Shown here: piece by piece, positions 26,285 to 36,433 of the stretch
Layout of the letters: every line of letters begins with the position of its first letter
Position numbering within the stretch: position 1 is the first letter of the stretch
DNA from: Hamiltosporidium tvaerminnensis FI-OER-3-3
Lineage: Eukaryota > Fungi > Microsporidia
Assembly: GCA_022605425.2 (NCBI GenBank)
Contig: CM061248.1
Span: 124,001 to 188,000 of the forward strand
DNA: 64,000 nucleotides
Direction of reading: 5' to 3'
The notes under the pieces: model-generated
Told to the model about the DNA's origin: nothing
The model's input: only the letters and a program-made list of their open reading frames with translations
Database searches by the model: none
Position numbers and translations under genes: made by a program

Positions 26285-26723
26285 TTTTTTTACAAAATAA
26301 TTAATAGAGAAATATAAAATATGAATTTATTTATTCTTATAAAAGATAAGCAAAGTTAAATATCAGAAAGCCGAGAAAATATTGAGAAATTCTGGATAAG
26401 TAAAGTCTTATTTATAGATGTAGTGTAGAGATAATTCCTTATGTGATAAAAAAAAAGTATGATATTGTGTATGCTCATTATATTTAAATTCACCAAATAC
26501 TAGATAAAATAGAGGCATACATACAGTCAAGAGTACTTAAAAAGATTAATTAATTTTTAATAAAAACTCAGACAGAATCCTTGTCAAAAATTATATGAAA
26601 TTGCAATAAATAGGTTATATAAACCACTCAACACATCTCATACTCTCTAGCACACATTACTGAAGTATAAACTAGACCTTTATATAGCTTATATGAACCA
26701 ATTAAGTATTTTTAAATCAAAAT

Positions 26724-27097
26724 GGAAGGACTTTATTTAAAAGTATCACATCTTTTTTAAACAATGGCAAGTGTTATAATTGTTTTCATGATAGTAACGC
26801 AGTTCTAGGTTTAACATAAATGACTGCTACCCCAAAACTCCATCGGTAACCCCTGCGATACCTACGTCCCAAAGCCTTTCATTTACCAGGTGTGTAGAAC
26901 CTAATTGCTAGATGAGGCAGTTGCCCGGAGTTCGTTAATGTCCGTTGCATGGAGTGTGATCGAGGGCCGAAGCCCCCTGAGCTCCCATAAGACTATGCAA
27001 GATTCCCACTTACTCTACACTTCCTGAAACCAACAAACTTCTAGCTAAGATATATTTCAGAGACTTACATGAGGTCAGCCTAGATAGTGGAATGTCA
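26724..27097 (-). mobile_element. SINE-like family A, 5'-truncated
   Basis: Matches the 3' half of 25550-26284; 11-bp TSD TAAATCAAAAT at 26713-26723 and 27098-27108. Confidence 0.88.
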
Positions 27098-27737
27098 TAA
27101 ATCAAAATAATAATATTAAATAAAAATATAGGCTTTATAATCATAAAAGGGATAAATTTACAATGAAATCACAAATCAAATCTTTTATCTCTCATAAAAA
27201 ATGCTTTTAATTAATTCAATTACTTACAAACGTATAAACTAGAAAAGTTTTATTGTTGAAAATAGATTCACTCAAGAAAATGTATTTTATAGATTTACTA
27301 TTTTACCAGAAAAAAATGTAGAGATAATCTCACATCATATACTAAGAATACTTATAACCAGATTTAATAGTCACTACATACCACAAATTTTTTTCAACCA
27401 AAACACAAAATAAATATAAATTTCTTCATTCTTTATCACAAGATTTATTCTAATACCATATACTATGTGACCAAAAATAAAAAAAAATAAAATTCTTTTA
27501 AAATAAATGAAATACTTACACTTTTTATCACAAATTTTATTATTTATAATATATTGGTATATTCAACCAAAAATAAATACAAAATCTATATTTACTTATT
27601 ATTAGTTATATTTAATTAAAAGTACTTATAATTACACAATTTTCTTATATTTTCTACTACTTCATATATTTTCTTATATCCTCCTTCCCCCTTTAGTTAC
27701 CACTTACCTACTTCATTTCCATATAAATAATTACTGT

Positions 27738-27751
27738 AAACCCCATTAATG
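27738..27751 (+). promoter_or_regulatory. Microsporidian CCC motif before the start codon (representative; also at RAD14, BIM1, RPA2, DCP1, Sir2, LSM3, THOC1-like)
   Basis: AAACCCCATTAATG; others GACCCATTTTAAATG, GTCCCTTAAAAAACAATG, AACCCCTCATAAAATG, TACCCCAATG, AACCCTTAGAAATG, CACCCCTCAGAATG, GACCCATG. Confidence 0.8.
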
Positions 27752-29486
27752 TCACAACAAGTCCTCATAGAATTTTACGACACACAAAACAACAAAATAC
27801 GTGACAAACTACACGTACCACTCTCAATAACAAGAAAACACCTTCTTTCTCTTCTAAACCAACCAACACCTTCAAATTTATATCTTAACGATCAAGAAAT
27901 ACGCACAACGTTACAGGACGTAACCGACAGTCAAAAAATATGTTTAGAACAAATTCTAAAAATAAAAATTTTACCGTCCACCGACACACTTCCCATCCAA
28001 ACAACACACTGTTCCTCGTCGTATTCTGGGCATGAGTCACCTGTTCTGTGCATTAAATACAGCACATGCGGCGCATATATTTACAGTGGTGGTGGTGACT
28101 GTACACTCCGTGTCTGGCACGCACTAACCAAGACACAAGTAAAAGTTAATAAGCACCATACACACTGGGTACTCTGTATAGACTGTAGCATATACACTGT
28201 CGTCTCTGGCGACATGTCCGGCACAATATGCACGTACACCGTAACAGGCGACTTCATACACACCCACCAAATCCACAAAAACGCCATCACCGCACTTATT
28301 CTCCACCACGACCGTATATACACATCTTCTCGTGACAAAACAGTCAAAATATCCACACTCACGGGTACAATACTCTACTCATACACACATACACAACCAG
28401 TCACCTGTATAGCTCTAAATCCCTATTTCTTCATCTCCGGTTCCACAGATAAGTCACTTAAAATTTATACACATCACTATAAACACCTCAAAACACTCAC
28501 AAACCATAAAAATCGTATTAATTGTATTTTTTTAAATAATAAGTTTATACTTACAACCAGTGATGACCACACAGCACACCTCTACCACATCGAAGGATTA
28601 GAAAATACTAATTTTGAGAAATTGGATAATAAGTTAGAAAATAATTTGGATGGTAATAAAGAGGGTGTTAATGATAAGGAAGTAGAAGAGTGTGTTATTA
28701 ACAGTACTAATAAACAACATAGTGATATTAACGAGTTTGGTGAACAACAGGGTGATATTAAGGAGTCTAATACCAGTACTAATAAACAACAGGGTGTTAG
28801 TAATCTATCTAACAACACTACTAATAAACAACACCCTCTTAACAACAGTACTAGATAAACAACAGGGTGTTAGTAATCTATCTAACAACACTACTAATAA
28901 ACAACACCCTCTTAACAACAGTATAGATAAACAACAGGGTGTTAATAATGTATCTAATATAAGTATTGATAAACAACACCCTCTTAATACCAGTATAGAT
29001 AAACAACAGGGTGTTAATAATCTATCTAACAACAGTATTAATAAACAACACCCTCTTAACAACAGTATAGACAAACAACAGGGTGTTAGTAATCTATCTA
29101 ACAACACTACTAATAAACAACACCCTCTTATAACCATTACCTCTTCCTTTATAACATTAAACCACAATAGTATAATAACAACAGCCAGTATAAGTCCCAA
29201 CAACACAATAATAGCCACCGGTTCATTCGATAAAAAAGTAAAAATATGGAACACCACTGGTACTTTAATATCTGAATATTTACATTTAAACAGTATTTAT
29301 AAAGTACATTGTACCAACACATCTATCATCTCAGCTTCTAAAGATGGTATAATTAAGATATACAGTTATTATAATAAAAGTATTGTTAATGAGTTTATAT
29401 GTAAAAATGAAATATATTGTTTTGACATATACAACTCACAACTTGTATGTGGATGTAAAGACAAGAAGGTGTACTTCTTTATATAG
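27749..29486 (+). CDS. RSA4: Ribosome assembly WD40 protein Rsa4/Notchless with ~180-aa repeat insertion and a 1-bp frameshift at ~28851
   Basis: NLE domain (VPLSIT...LL.LLNQ, LEQILKI), CSSSYSGH, SGGGDCTLRVW, HWVL, SPNNTIIATGSFDKKVKIW, final GCKDKKVYF; ORFs 27749-28858 and 28692-29486 overlap within the repeat. Confidence 0.87.
28592..29135. repeat. Coding hairpin-motif repeat array inside RSA4
   Basis: ~72-bp units AAACAACAGGGTGTTAGTAATCTATCTAACAACACTACTAATAAACAACACCCTCTTAACAACAGTATAGAT. Confidence 0.9.
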
Positions 29487-29799
29487 GAGGAGGATTTTAG
29501 GGGATGTATTTAGGAAGAGGAGTGATAGAGAAAAGAGTGATAGAATAAGGGAGTAATAGAATAGGGGAGTAATAGAAGTATTATAAAGTATTTTTTTTCT
29601 ATTATATTTATTAATTAAATTATTTTTTTTCTATTATATTTATTAATTAAATTATTTTTTATTTCTAATAATATATATTAATTAAATTAAATCTCTAATA
29701 AAATATTAAATTAATTATTTTTTATTAATTCTTAAATATCTATTATTCTATTAATTAAACCCTTATTATATCTATTAAATCTTTAAAATAAATAATTTA

Positions 29800-30170
29800 A
29801 TAAATATAACCTCTTAAACATAAGTACTAATACTTATGATCTTGTAAATAACAATATTAGAAAATAACACATCTTAACTATCACTTCTAATATGTAACAC
29901 CTCTTAGACATAAGTACTAGTAAACAACACCTCTTAGACATAAGTACTAATACCTATCACCCTGTTAATAACTCTACTAGTAAACAACACCTCTTAAACA
30001 TATGTACTATACTTATCACCCTGTTAATAACGCTACTAGTAAACAACACCTCTTAAACATATGTACTATACTTATCACCCTGTTAATAACAATACTAGAA
30101 AATAACACCTCTTAACCATTACTTCATATAAATAACAACCCTATCACATTACTCTAATAAATAACCTTTT
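29800..30170. repeat. Intergenic array of the same motif family (~59-60 bp units)
   Basis: AACACCTCTTA(A/G)ACATA(A/T)GTACTA..TACTTATCACCCTGTTAATAAC..TACTAGTAAAC repeated between convergent RSA4 and RPA2. Confidence 0.85.
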
Positions 30171-30171
30171 A

Positions 30172-33100
30172 TCACATCACTTCTATCTTAACACGTATAT
30201 TCATTGCCATTAACTCACTACACAAATACTTAAAAACATAAGGCATCTTAACACCTCTATAACTACCACTACCACACTCACATACACCACCACATACAAA
30301 CATAACACTCTTACAAACACAACACCATAAAAACTCAGTACCATCACTACACTTCATACTTCTATCATTTAACAGGTAAGACACTCCATGTCCTATAAGT
30401 GCATCTCTTTCCATTTCTCCTAATCTTATACCACCCATTCTTTTTCTACCTCCTACTGGTTGTCTTGTCTGTGATTGTACAGGTCCTATACTACGTACTT
30501 GGTATTTGTCACTTACCATATGTCTTAGTCTTTGATAATATACTACTCCTGTATATACATCACTCTTAAACATTCTACCACTTATACCTGAATACATACA
30601 TTCAGTACCATAATAGTTATAACCATACTTTACCAGTAAATTACCAAAGAAGTCAATGGCAGAGGTATTAGTCGTATGGTTAGTAGGGTGATAAGTATTA
30701 GCACAGTTATTAACACCCTTATAATTATTAGTACTGTTATTAACACCCTTATAATTATTGGTACTCTTATTAACACCCTGTTGTTTATCTATACTGTTAT
30801 TAACACCCTTATAACTACTAGTACTGTTATTAAGACCCTGTTGTTTATCTATACTGTTATTAAGACCCTGTTGTTCAATTGTACTGTTATTAACACCCTT
30901 ATAACTACTAGTACTGTTATTAAGACCCTGTTGTTTATCGATACTGTTATTAAGACCCTCTAAACTACTATCCTTATCACTAACACCCTCTAGCATATCA
31001 CCACCTAACACATCACTACCTAACATATCACTACCACACACTATATCACTCCACCCTTTAAATGCTGTACCATCCTCTATCTTTCCTCTAAGACACCCAC
31101 TCTTACCACTAAGACTCTCAATAAACATACCAATACTCATTCTACTAGGAAATGCATGTGGATTAATAATAAGATCAGGACATTCTCCATTCTCCATAAA
31201 CACCATATCACTACTTTCATATAAATAAGAACAAACACCTTTTTGTCCATGTCTACTACAAAACTTATCCCCTATATATGGATTACGTTGTATACGTAGT
31301 GTTATCACTGCTCCTTTAGAATATACTCTTATGTTACTAACAATACTTTTCTCTGTATTTTTATAAAAATATTGTTTATCTGTAAAATAATACTCACAGC
31401 CATAATATAACACCTGACCAACCAAAGGAAGTTTAACACTAGAAAAGCAATTATTAACACTATTGTTATTGTTATCTGACTTACCATCCCTACTACCATC
31501 TAACCTACTATCCCTACTACTCTCCCTAATGATATTATCAAATTCTATTATCTCGTTCTTATATATAAAACCATTAAATAATCCCCTTTCTATACTTCCT
31601 TTATTAAGTACCATAGCATCTTCCATATCATAACCTGTATAACTTAAAACACTAACCATACAATTAACACCTGTTGGATAATCACTAAGAATATATTTTT
31701 TATAAAATTTAGTTTGTACGATTGGTGTTTGGTTATATGTTATTTCATATAATTTGGAATCTGATCTGTCGTTTATGTTGTAACACCCCCATCCCATAGA
31801 TTGTTTAGCCATTTGGCATTGGTACATGTTACGAGGTGATTGGTTAAAGTCTGAGAAGGGTGTTAGTGCAGCTGTAAGTGAAAGGAAATAAGAGGGGTCT
31901 AATTCAGAGTAGAGAAAGGTGTTATTTGAGGTGGAGGTAATAGGGTTATAATTATAGGTAGTAATAGTAGTATTGTTAACAGGGTTATAATTATTAGTAG
32001 TATTACTGGTGATATTAACAGGGTTATAATTATTAGTAGTATTACTAAGACCCTGTTGTTTATAAGTAGTATTAGTAGTGTGGTTAAGACCCTGTTGTTT
32101 ATTATCCATATTACTAAGACCCTGTTGTTTACTATCCATATCAATAACACCCCTATAATCATCTATACTGTTACTAACACCCTCCTCCTTATCAATATAA
32201 TCATTTCTACATAACTCTATGTCTAAGTAGGGTTGTTCCATAATACCTATAAATTCTGGTTTACCTATTATTTTATTATAAATAGGTCTTATAAATCTAT
32301 TAGGTGTTGTACATATATTAATAAGGTTATTTGTATTTAAAGGGTAACATACTATTTCAAATGATAAGTTATTAAGACATCTGTATGTTCTAAGAGTATC
32401 TGTAAGTTTAAAAGGTGTTAAAGTATAACCTATTACTTTACCGTCAAGGGATATAAAGTATGGGGTGTTATATAGATTATTGGGTTTAGAGGGGTGTTGT
32501 TTATTAAGGTTAGTGTTAACAGGGTGTTGTTTATTAGATAGGTTGTTAACAGGATGTAAGGTATTAGTAGTGTCACTAACACCCTTAATATTATCTATAT
32601 TGTTACTAACACCCTTTATATCACTATCCTTATCACTAACACCCTCTACCTCCCTAGTATCACTAACACCCTCTATCATCATATCCTTATCACCCAAAAG
32701 ACACTCTATTGGTATAACACCCATACCATACAAAACACTGTCACTAAGACTTTCTGTCTCTCCAATTCTACATTCCATACAAAGATGCATAATAAGACCA
32801 CATGGTGATCCATCAGGAGTATGTACAGGACACATAAACCCCCAACTTTCTGCTTTTAACTTTCTAACTGTTGTAGTCTTAAGTGTACTAAAAAATGCTC
32901 CTCTGTTTATGCTACGGAAATATGATAAATATCGCATAAAATTTATATTTTCTGCATAAACACTAAAACCACTGCTTTGCATTATATCTGACGCATAAAC
33001 AAACTTTGCATTTCCTGTGCTTAAAAATTTTTCTATTTTAAGACCTATGTTAGTGTCTACCTTATTTAACACCCATCTTAACACTTCATCTATACTTTTA

Positions 33101-34743
33101 CCACCAAGGGTCTTAGCATAAGGATTAGTATTTTTAACAGGGTGTTGTTTACTAGTACTAATATTAACAGAGGGTTGTTTACTTGTACTGTTGTTAACAG
33201 GGTGTTGTTTACTAGTACTGTTGTTAACAGGGTGTTGTTTACTAGTACTAATATTAACACCCTCTAATATATCTCTACTATCACTAACACCCTCTACCTC
33301 CTTACTGTTCTTAACACCCTCTAATATATCCCTACTGTTACTACTCTTACCACCTATCTTACTAACCATATAACTAACACCCCTTAACATCTCTTCTAAC
33401 TTCTCTCTTACTAAACTACATAACATATTACTAACACCTAACACTTCATGATTAGCATAACAATCAGGATCTTCACTTTCTAAAGATCCACTTACCAACA
33501 TAAATAACTTTCTAATACCTAACAATAAGAAATACTCTTTATGTATAACACTCTCTACATGTGTACATATTATAGATATTAGTGTTTTAAAAGGTATACG
33601 TGTGTCTCTTTCTAACACCTCTTTACAAACATCAGTAGAGTAACAGGTATCACTTAATAGGAATTGATTAACAAGTTTAGTAAAGGTGTTATTAATAAAG
33701 GGGTGATGGGTATTGTTATTAACAGGGTGATAGTTGGTATTGTTATTAACAGGGTGATAGTTGGTATTGTTATTAACACCCCTATAATTACTATCCTTGT
33801 CATTAACACCCCCTACTCCCTCTATATCACTATCACCCTCTAATACACTATCTCTATCACTAACACCCCCTACTCCCTCTATATCACTAACACCCCCTAC
33901 CCCCTCTATATCACCCCCTTTATTCCCTGTACAGATAAAAGTGTACATATCTTTATCCGTATAAGAGGTTAATGCTCTAAGTAGTATAATAACAGGTATT
34001 CTAATTTCATTTCTATTAAAATAAAAACGAGCTGTAACCCCTCCATCTCTCTGATAATGTAGTGTTAGTGTATGTCCTATCTCATTATAAACAGTACGTG
34101 TTGTAACAGAGAAGGGTGTAAATAAAGGAGATTTCTTTTTGTGTGTTGGTTTTGTATAAGCAAACCAGTAATTCCTCTTTGGTGCTATTAATAGTCTTAC
34201 AACCTTTTGATGGCCATTTATTATAAAATAGCCACCTGGGGATACAAAAATTGAGTTATTTTTATTATTATTGGTATTAGATATAGTGTTAGTACTATTA
34301 GAGTTAGATTTATTATCAATCTTACTACCCTTAATACCCTTAGTATCTAACTTATTACCCTTAGTATCTATTTTATTACCTGTTGTGTTGCATAGTACTG
34401 ATCCTATCATGATAGGAAGATTACCACATTCGAGTTGGTGTGTACGTGTGGTGTTGTTATATGTTAAAGTATATTCAATGGTAATTCTACCTTTATATGT
34501 AATATTTCTGTGTGTACATTCGTAGGGAAACAATTTAATACCAGAATGTAAATATTCTGTGTCTGAGAGATGTGGTTTGTGTAATTTAAATGATGTAAAT
34601 TTTAGGTGGATTTGTGTGGTGTTGTATGTTAGTTGTAGTGGTGGTAGTTGTGATATTATGGCTGGTAGTGTTGATATGAAGGTGTTGTATGATGATATGT
34701 GGGGATAGAAGAGTGATTTTAGTTTTTTGTAATCTTTTTGCAT
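30172..34743 (-). CDS. RPA2: RNA polymerase I second-largest subunit (Rpa135/RPA2) with seven low-complexity in-frame insertions
   Basis: GGYFIING, RGAFF..LKTTTVRKL..ESWGFMCPVHTPDGSPCGL, FNQSPRNMYQCQMAKQ, SYTGYDMEDAM, GDKF.SRHGQKG, QRLRHMVSDKYQVRS, GGIRLGEMERD; Pol I-type residues. Confidence 0.96.
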   Translation of the reverse strand: MQKDYKKLKSLFYPHISSYNTFISTLPAIISQLPPLQLTYNTTQIHLKFTSFKLHKPHLSDTEYLHSGIKLFPYECTHRNITYKGRITIEYTLTYNNTTRTHQLECGNLPIMIGSVLCNTTGNKIDTKGNKLDTKGIKGSKIDNKSNSNSTNTISNTNNNKNNSIFVSPGGYFIINGHQKVVRLLIAPKRNYWFAYTKPTHKKKSPLFTPFSVTTRTVYNEIGHTLTLHYQRDGGVTARFYFNRNEIRIPVIILLRALTSYTDKDMYTFICTGNKGGDIEGVGGVSDIEGVGGVSDRDSVLEGDSDIEGVGGVNDKDSNYRGVNNNTNYHPVNNNTNYHPVNNNTHHPFINNTFTKLVNQFLLSDTCYSTDVCKEVLERDTRIPFKTLISIICTHVESVIHKEYFLLLGIRKLFMLVSGSLESEDPDCYANHEVLGVSNMLCSLVREKLEEMLRGVSYMVSKIGGKSSNSRDILEGVKNSKEVEGVSDSRDILEGVNISTSKQHPVNNSTSKQHPVNNSTSKQPSVNISTSKQHPVKNTNPYAKTLGGKSIDEVLRWVLNKVDTNIGLKIEKFLSTGNAKFVYASDIMQSSGFSVYAENINFMRYLSYFRSINRGAFFSTLKTTTVRKLKAESWGFMCPVHTPDGSPCGLIMHLCMECRIGETESLSDSVLYGMGVIPIECLLGDKDMMIEGVSDTREVEGVSDKDSDIKGVSNNIDNIKGVSDTTNTLHPVNNLSNKQHPVNTNLNKQHPSKPNNLYNTPYFISLDGKVIGYTLTPFKLTDTLRTYRCLNNLSFEIVCYPLNTNNLINICTTPNRFIRPIYNKIIGKPEFIGIMEQPYLDIELCRNDYIDKEEGVSNSIDDYRGVIDMDSKQQGLSNMDNKQQGLNHTTNTTYKQQGLSNTTNNYNPVNITSNTTNNYNPVNNTTITTYNYNPITSTSNNTFLYSELDPSYFLSLTAALTPFSDFNQSPRNMYQCQMAKQSMGWGCYNINDRSDSKLYEITYNQTPIVQTKFYKKYILSDYPTGVNCMVSVLSYTGYDMEDAMVLNKGSIERGLFNGFIYKNEIIEFDNIIRESSRDSRLDGSRDGKSDNNNNSVNNCFSSVKLPLVGQVLYYGCEYYFTDKQYFYKNTEKSIVSNIRVYSKGAVITLRIQRNPYIGDKFCSRHGQKGVCSYLYESSDMVFMENGECPDLIINPHAFPSRMSIGMFIESLSGKSGCLRGKIEDGTAFKGWSDIVCGSDMLGSDVLGGDMLEGVSDKDSSLEGLNNSIDKQQGLNNSTSSYKGVNNSTIEQQGLNNSIDKQQGLNNSTSSYKGVNNSIDKQQGVNKSTNNYKGVNNSTNNYKGVNNCANTYHPTNHTTNTSAIDFFGNLLVKYGYNYYGTECMYSGISGRMFKSDVYTGVVYYQRLRHMVSDKYQVRSIGPVQSQTRQPVGGRKRMGGIRLGEMERDALIGHGVSYLLNDRSMKCSDGTEFLWCCVCKSVMFVCGGVCECGSGSYRGVKMPYVFKYLCSELMAMNIRVKIEVM

Positions 34744-35204
34744 TTTATGAGGGGTTTAAATATGTTAAATAAAACGGTTGTGGAGTGATTTTTTGTGGTT
34801 TTTATTTTAGAGTGGATTTGGGGTGTAAATGATAAGAGTAGTCGATTGTGGGGGTCGTATAGTAGTGGTAAGAAGGTGTTGTCTAGCAATATGTTATATA
34901 GTAGTGGTTAGTAGCAATATATAAGAAAGTGGTAAGATATAAATAGTAGTAAGAAGATATGGGTAGGAATATAGTACGAAATTTAGTAGTTAAAGAGTGT
35001 TAGAATTAATAGAAAACGGATTGAATACATACGAAAATTTATAATGCAAACTTGTTCTTCGGTTGTAATCATAAACGGGATGTAAAAAGTGTTTGTATCT
35101 TCATTGAATTGAATTATAAAGAGGTGTATATAGTGTTGTGTTGCCGAGTGAACATATTATGTGGTAATTGTTGGATCGTTTGGAAAAAGTAAAGAAATAT
35201 CAAC

Positions 35205-36330
35205 TTAAAATGTCGCCATACTAAAGGCAGAGAATACTAATAAAACCCATCTTGCACTAATAAAAAGCTTCTTAAAAGTAATAAATAGGTTGGAAGAAAG
35301 AGCTACCAACAAAAAATTGGAAAAGGTCTGAATTACTAAGTTATATAACGAAATAGAAACCCAAAACTACATTAGAAACTATAAATGTGAGTTTGTACGG
35401 GACCCTTCTTGTGGTTAAGAAAGAGAATAATTGGTTACAAGATAAAGTAGTGTGCTGTTATATCTGTACAGAGTTATTCTGGGAAGCAGAAGATATGTAT
35501 CAACACTGTGATGCGCCTGGTGATAGTATGGCTTGTTCAACTACTCGATTCGAGGAAAGATTCGTGTATAAATGTGTCAAGTAGCACATTTAAAATGAAT
35601 GCTTACACTCAATCTTTCATATAAATAAAAATTTTGGTATTTTAAACAAATTTTTAGTTACATTTCATGAAATTATGGAAAAGGATATATTTAAATAATA
35701 TCAAACTTTAGAACAAAAAACATTGTTGAGATTTGTAAATTATATCTTAAATTTTTATTTAATATACGAGTTAAAGTGTGATAGCACTTATTTTATTAGG
35801 AATGGTTTCATATGATTCACTTCGGATACTTGCGCCAGATAACTTGGGAAGTATGATCTATGGGTCAAAACCTTGGGTCGTATTTATAGGTATAGGATTG
35901 AAACGATTTTTTATGTAATAAAGAAGAGCAAATCATAACAATTATGGTAAAAAATAGGTCACAGTATTGCAGATATCCATAAATGCAGTAGTATATTAGT
36001 CTATAATAACCTGTAGGACGGCCAAAACGATTTATTTTGATCGATAGAGAATATTTGAATCAGCAAAAAATGCCGAATTGTGCTGGTTAAGAAGATCTAC
36101 GTATACTATTGTGAAATCTAAGAGCTATGAGGAACCAACACCCTTTTCAAAGCAAGCAAGCATCTAGAAATACGATGTTTAACATATAAAAACAAATAAT
36201 AACCTACTCTTTATTATAATATGACGAAACATGGTTAAGTAACCTACAATAACTAACTATAAACAAAGAATTGAATAAAAAAAAGAAATATTGGGGTGTT
36301 AATAGGTATAAGAAAGTATAAAAGAGTAAA
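35205..36330 (+). pseudogene. Highly decayed remnants of the RLE non-LTR element 3' half
   Basis: CATCTTGCACTAATAAAA.GCTTCTTAAAAGTA (HLALIKxFLKV), GGAAGTATGATCT (RKYDL) and TTTGATCGA match the element. Confidence 0.6.
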
Positions 36331-36433
36331 AAACTTTTTTTACTCAGATTTAAATTGATATAATATAATTCTAATGTTAATATACATATATAATCAAATG
36401 TTTACAAAGAATCAAAAATAGAAAAATCTTTAC

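Noticed and set aside
30663-34390. Inteins or spliceosomal introns as the explanation for the RPA2 inserts
   Set aside because: No C/S...HN intein ends or splicing blocks; no consistent GTAAGT...AG boundaries seen; the frame is preserved throughout
28582-34525. Antisense and alternative-frame ORFs (GCCLL/LLTP-rich) over RSA4 and RPA2
   Set aside because: By-products of the stop-poor palindromic repeats overlapping well-supported genes
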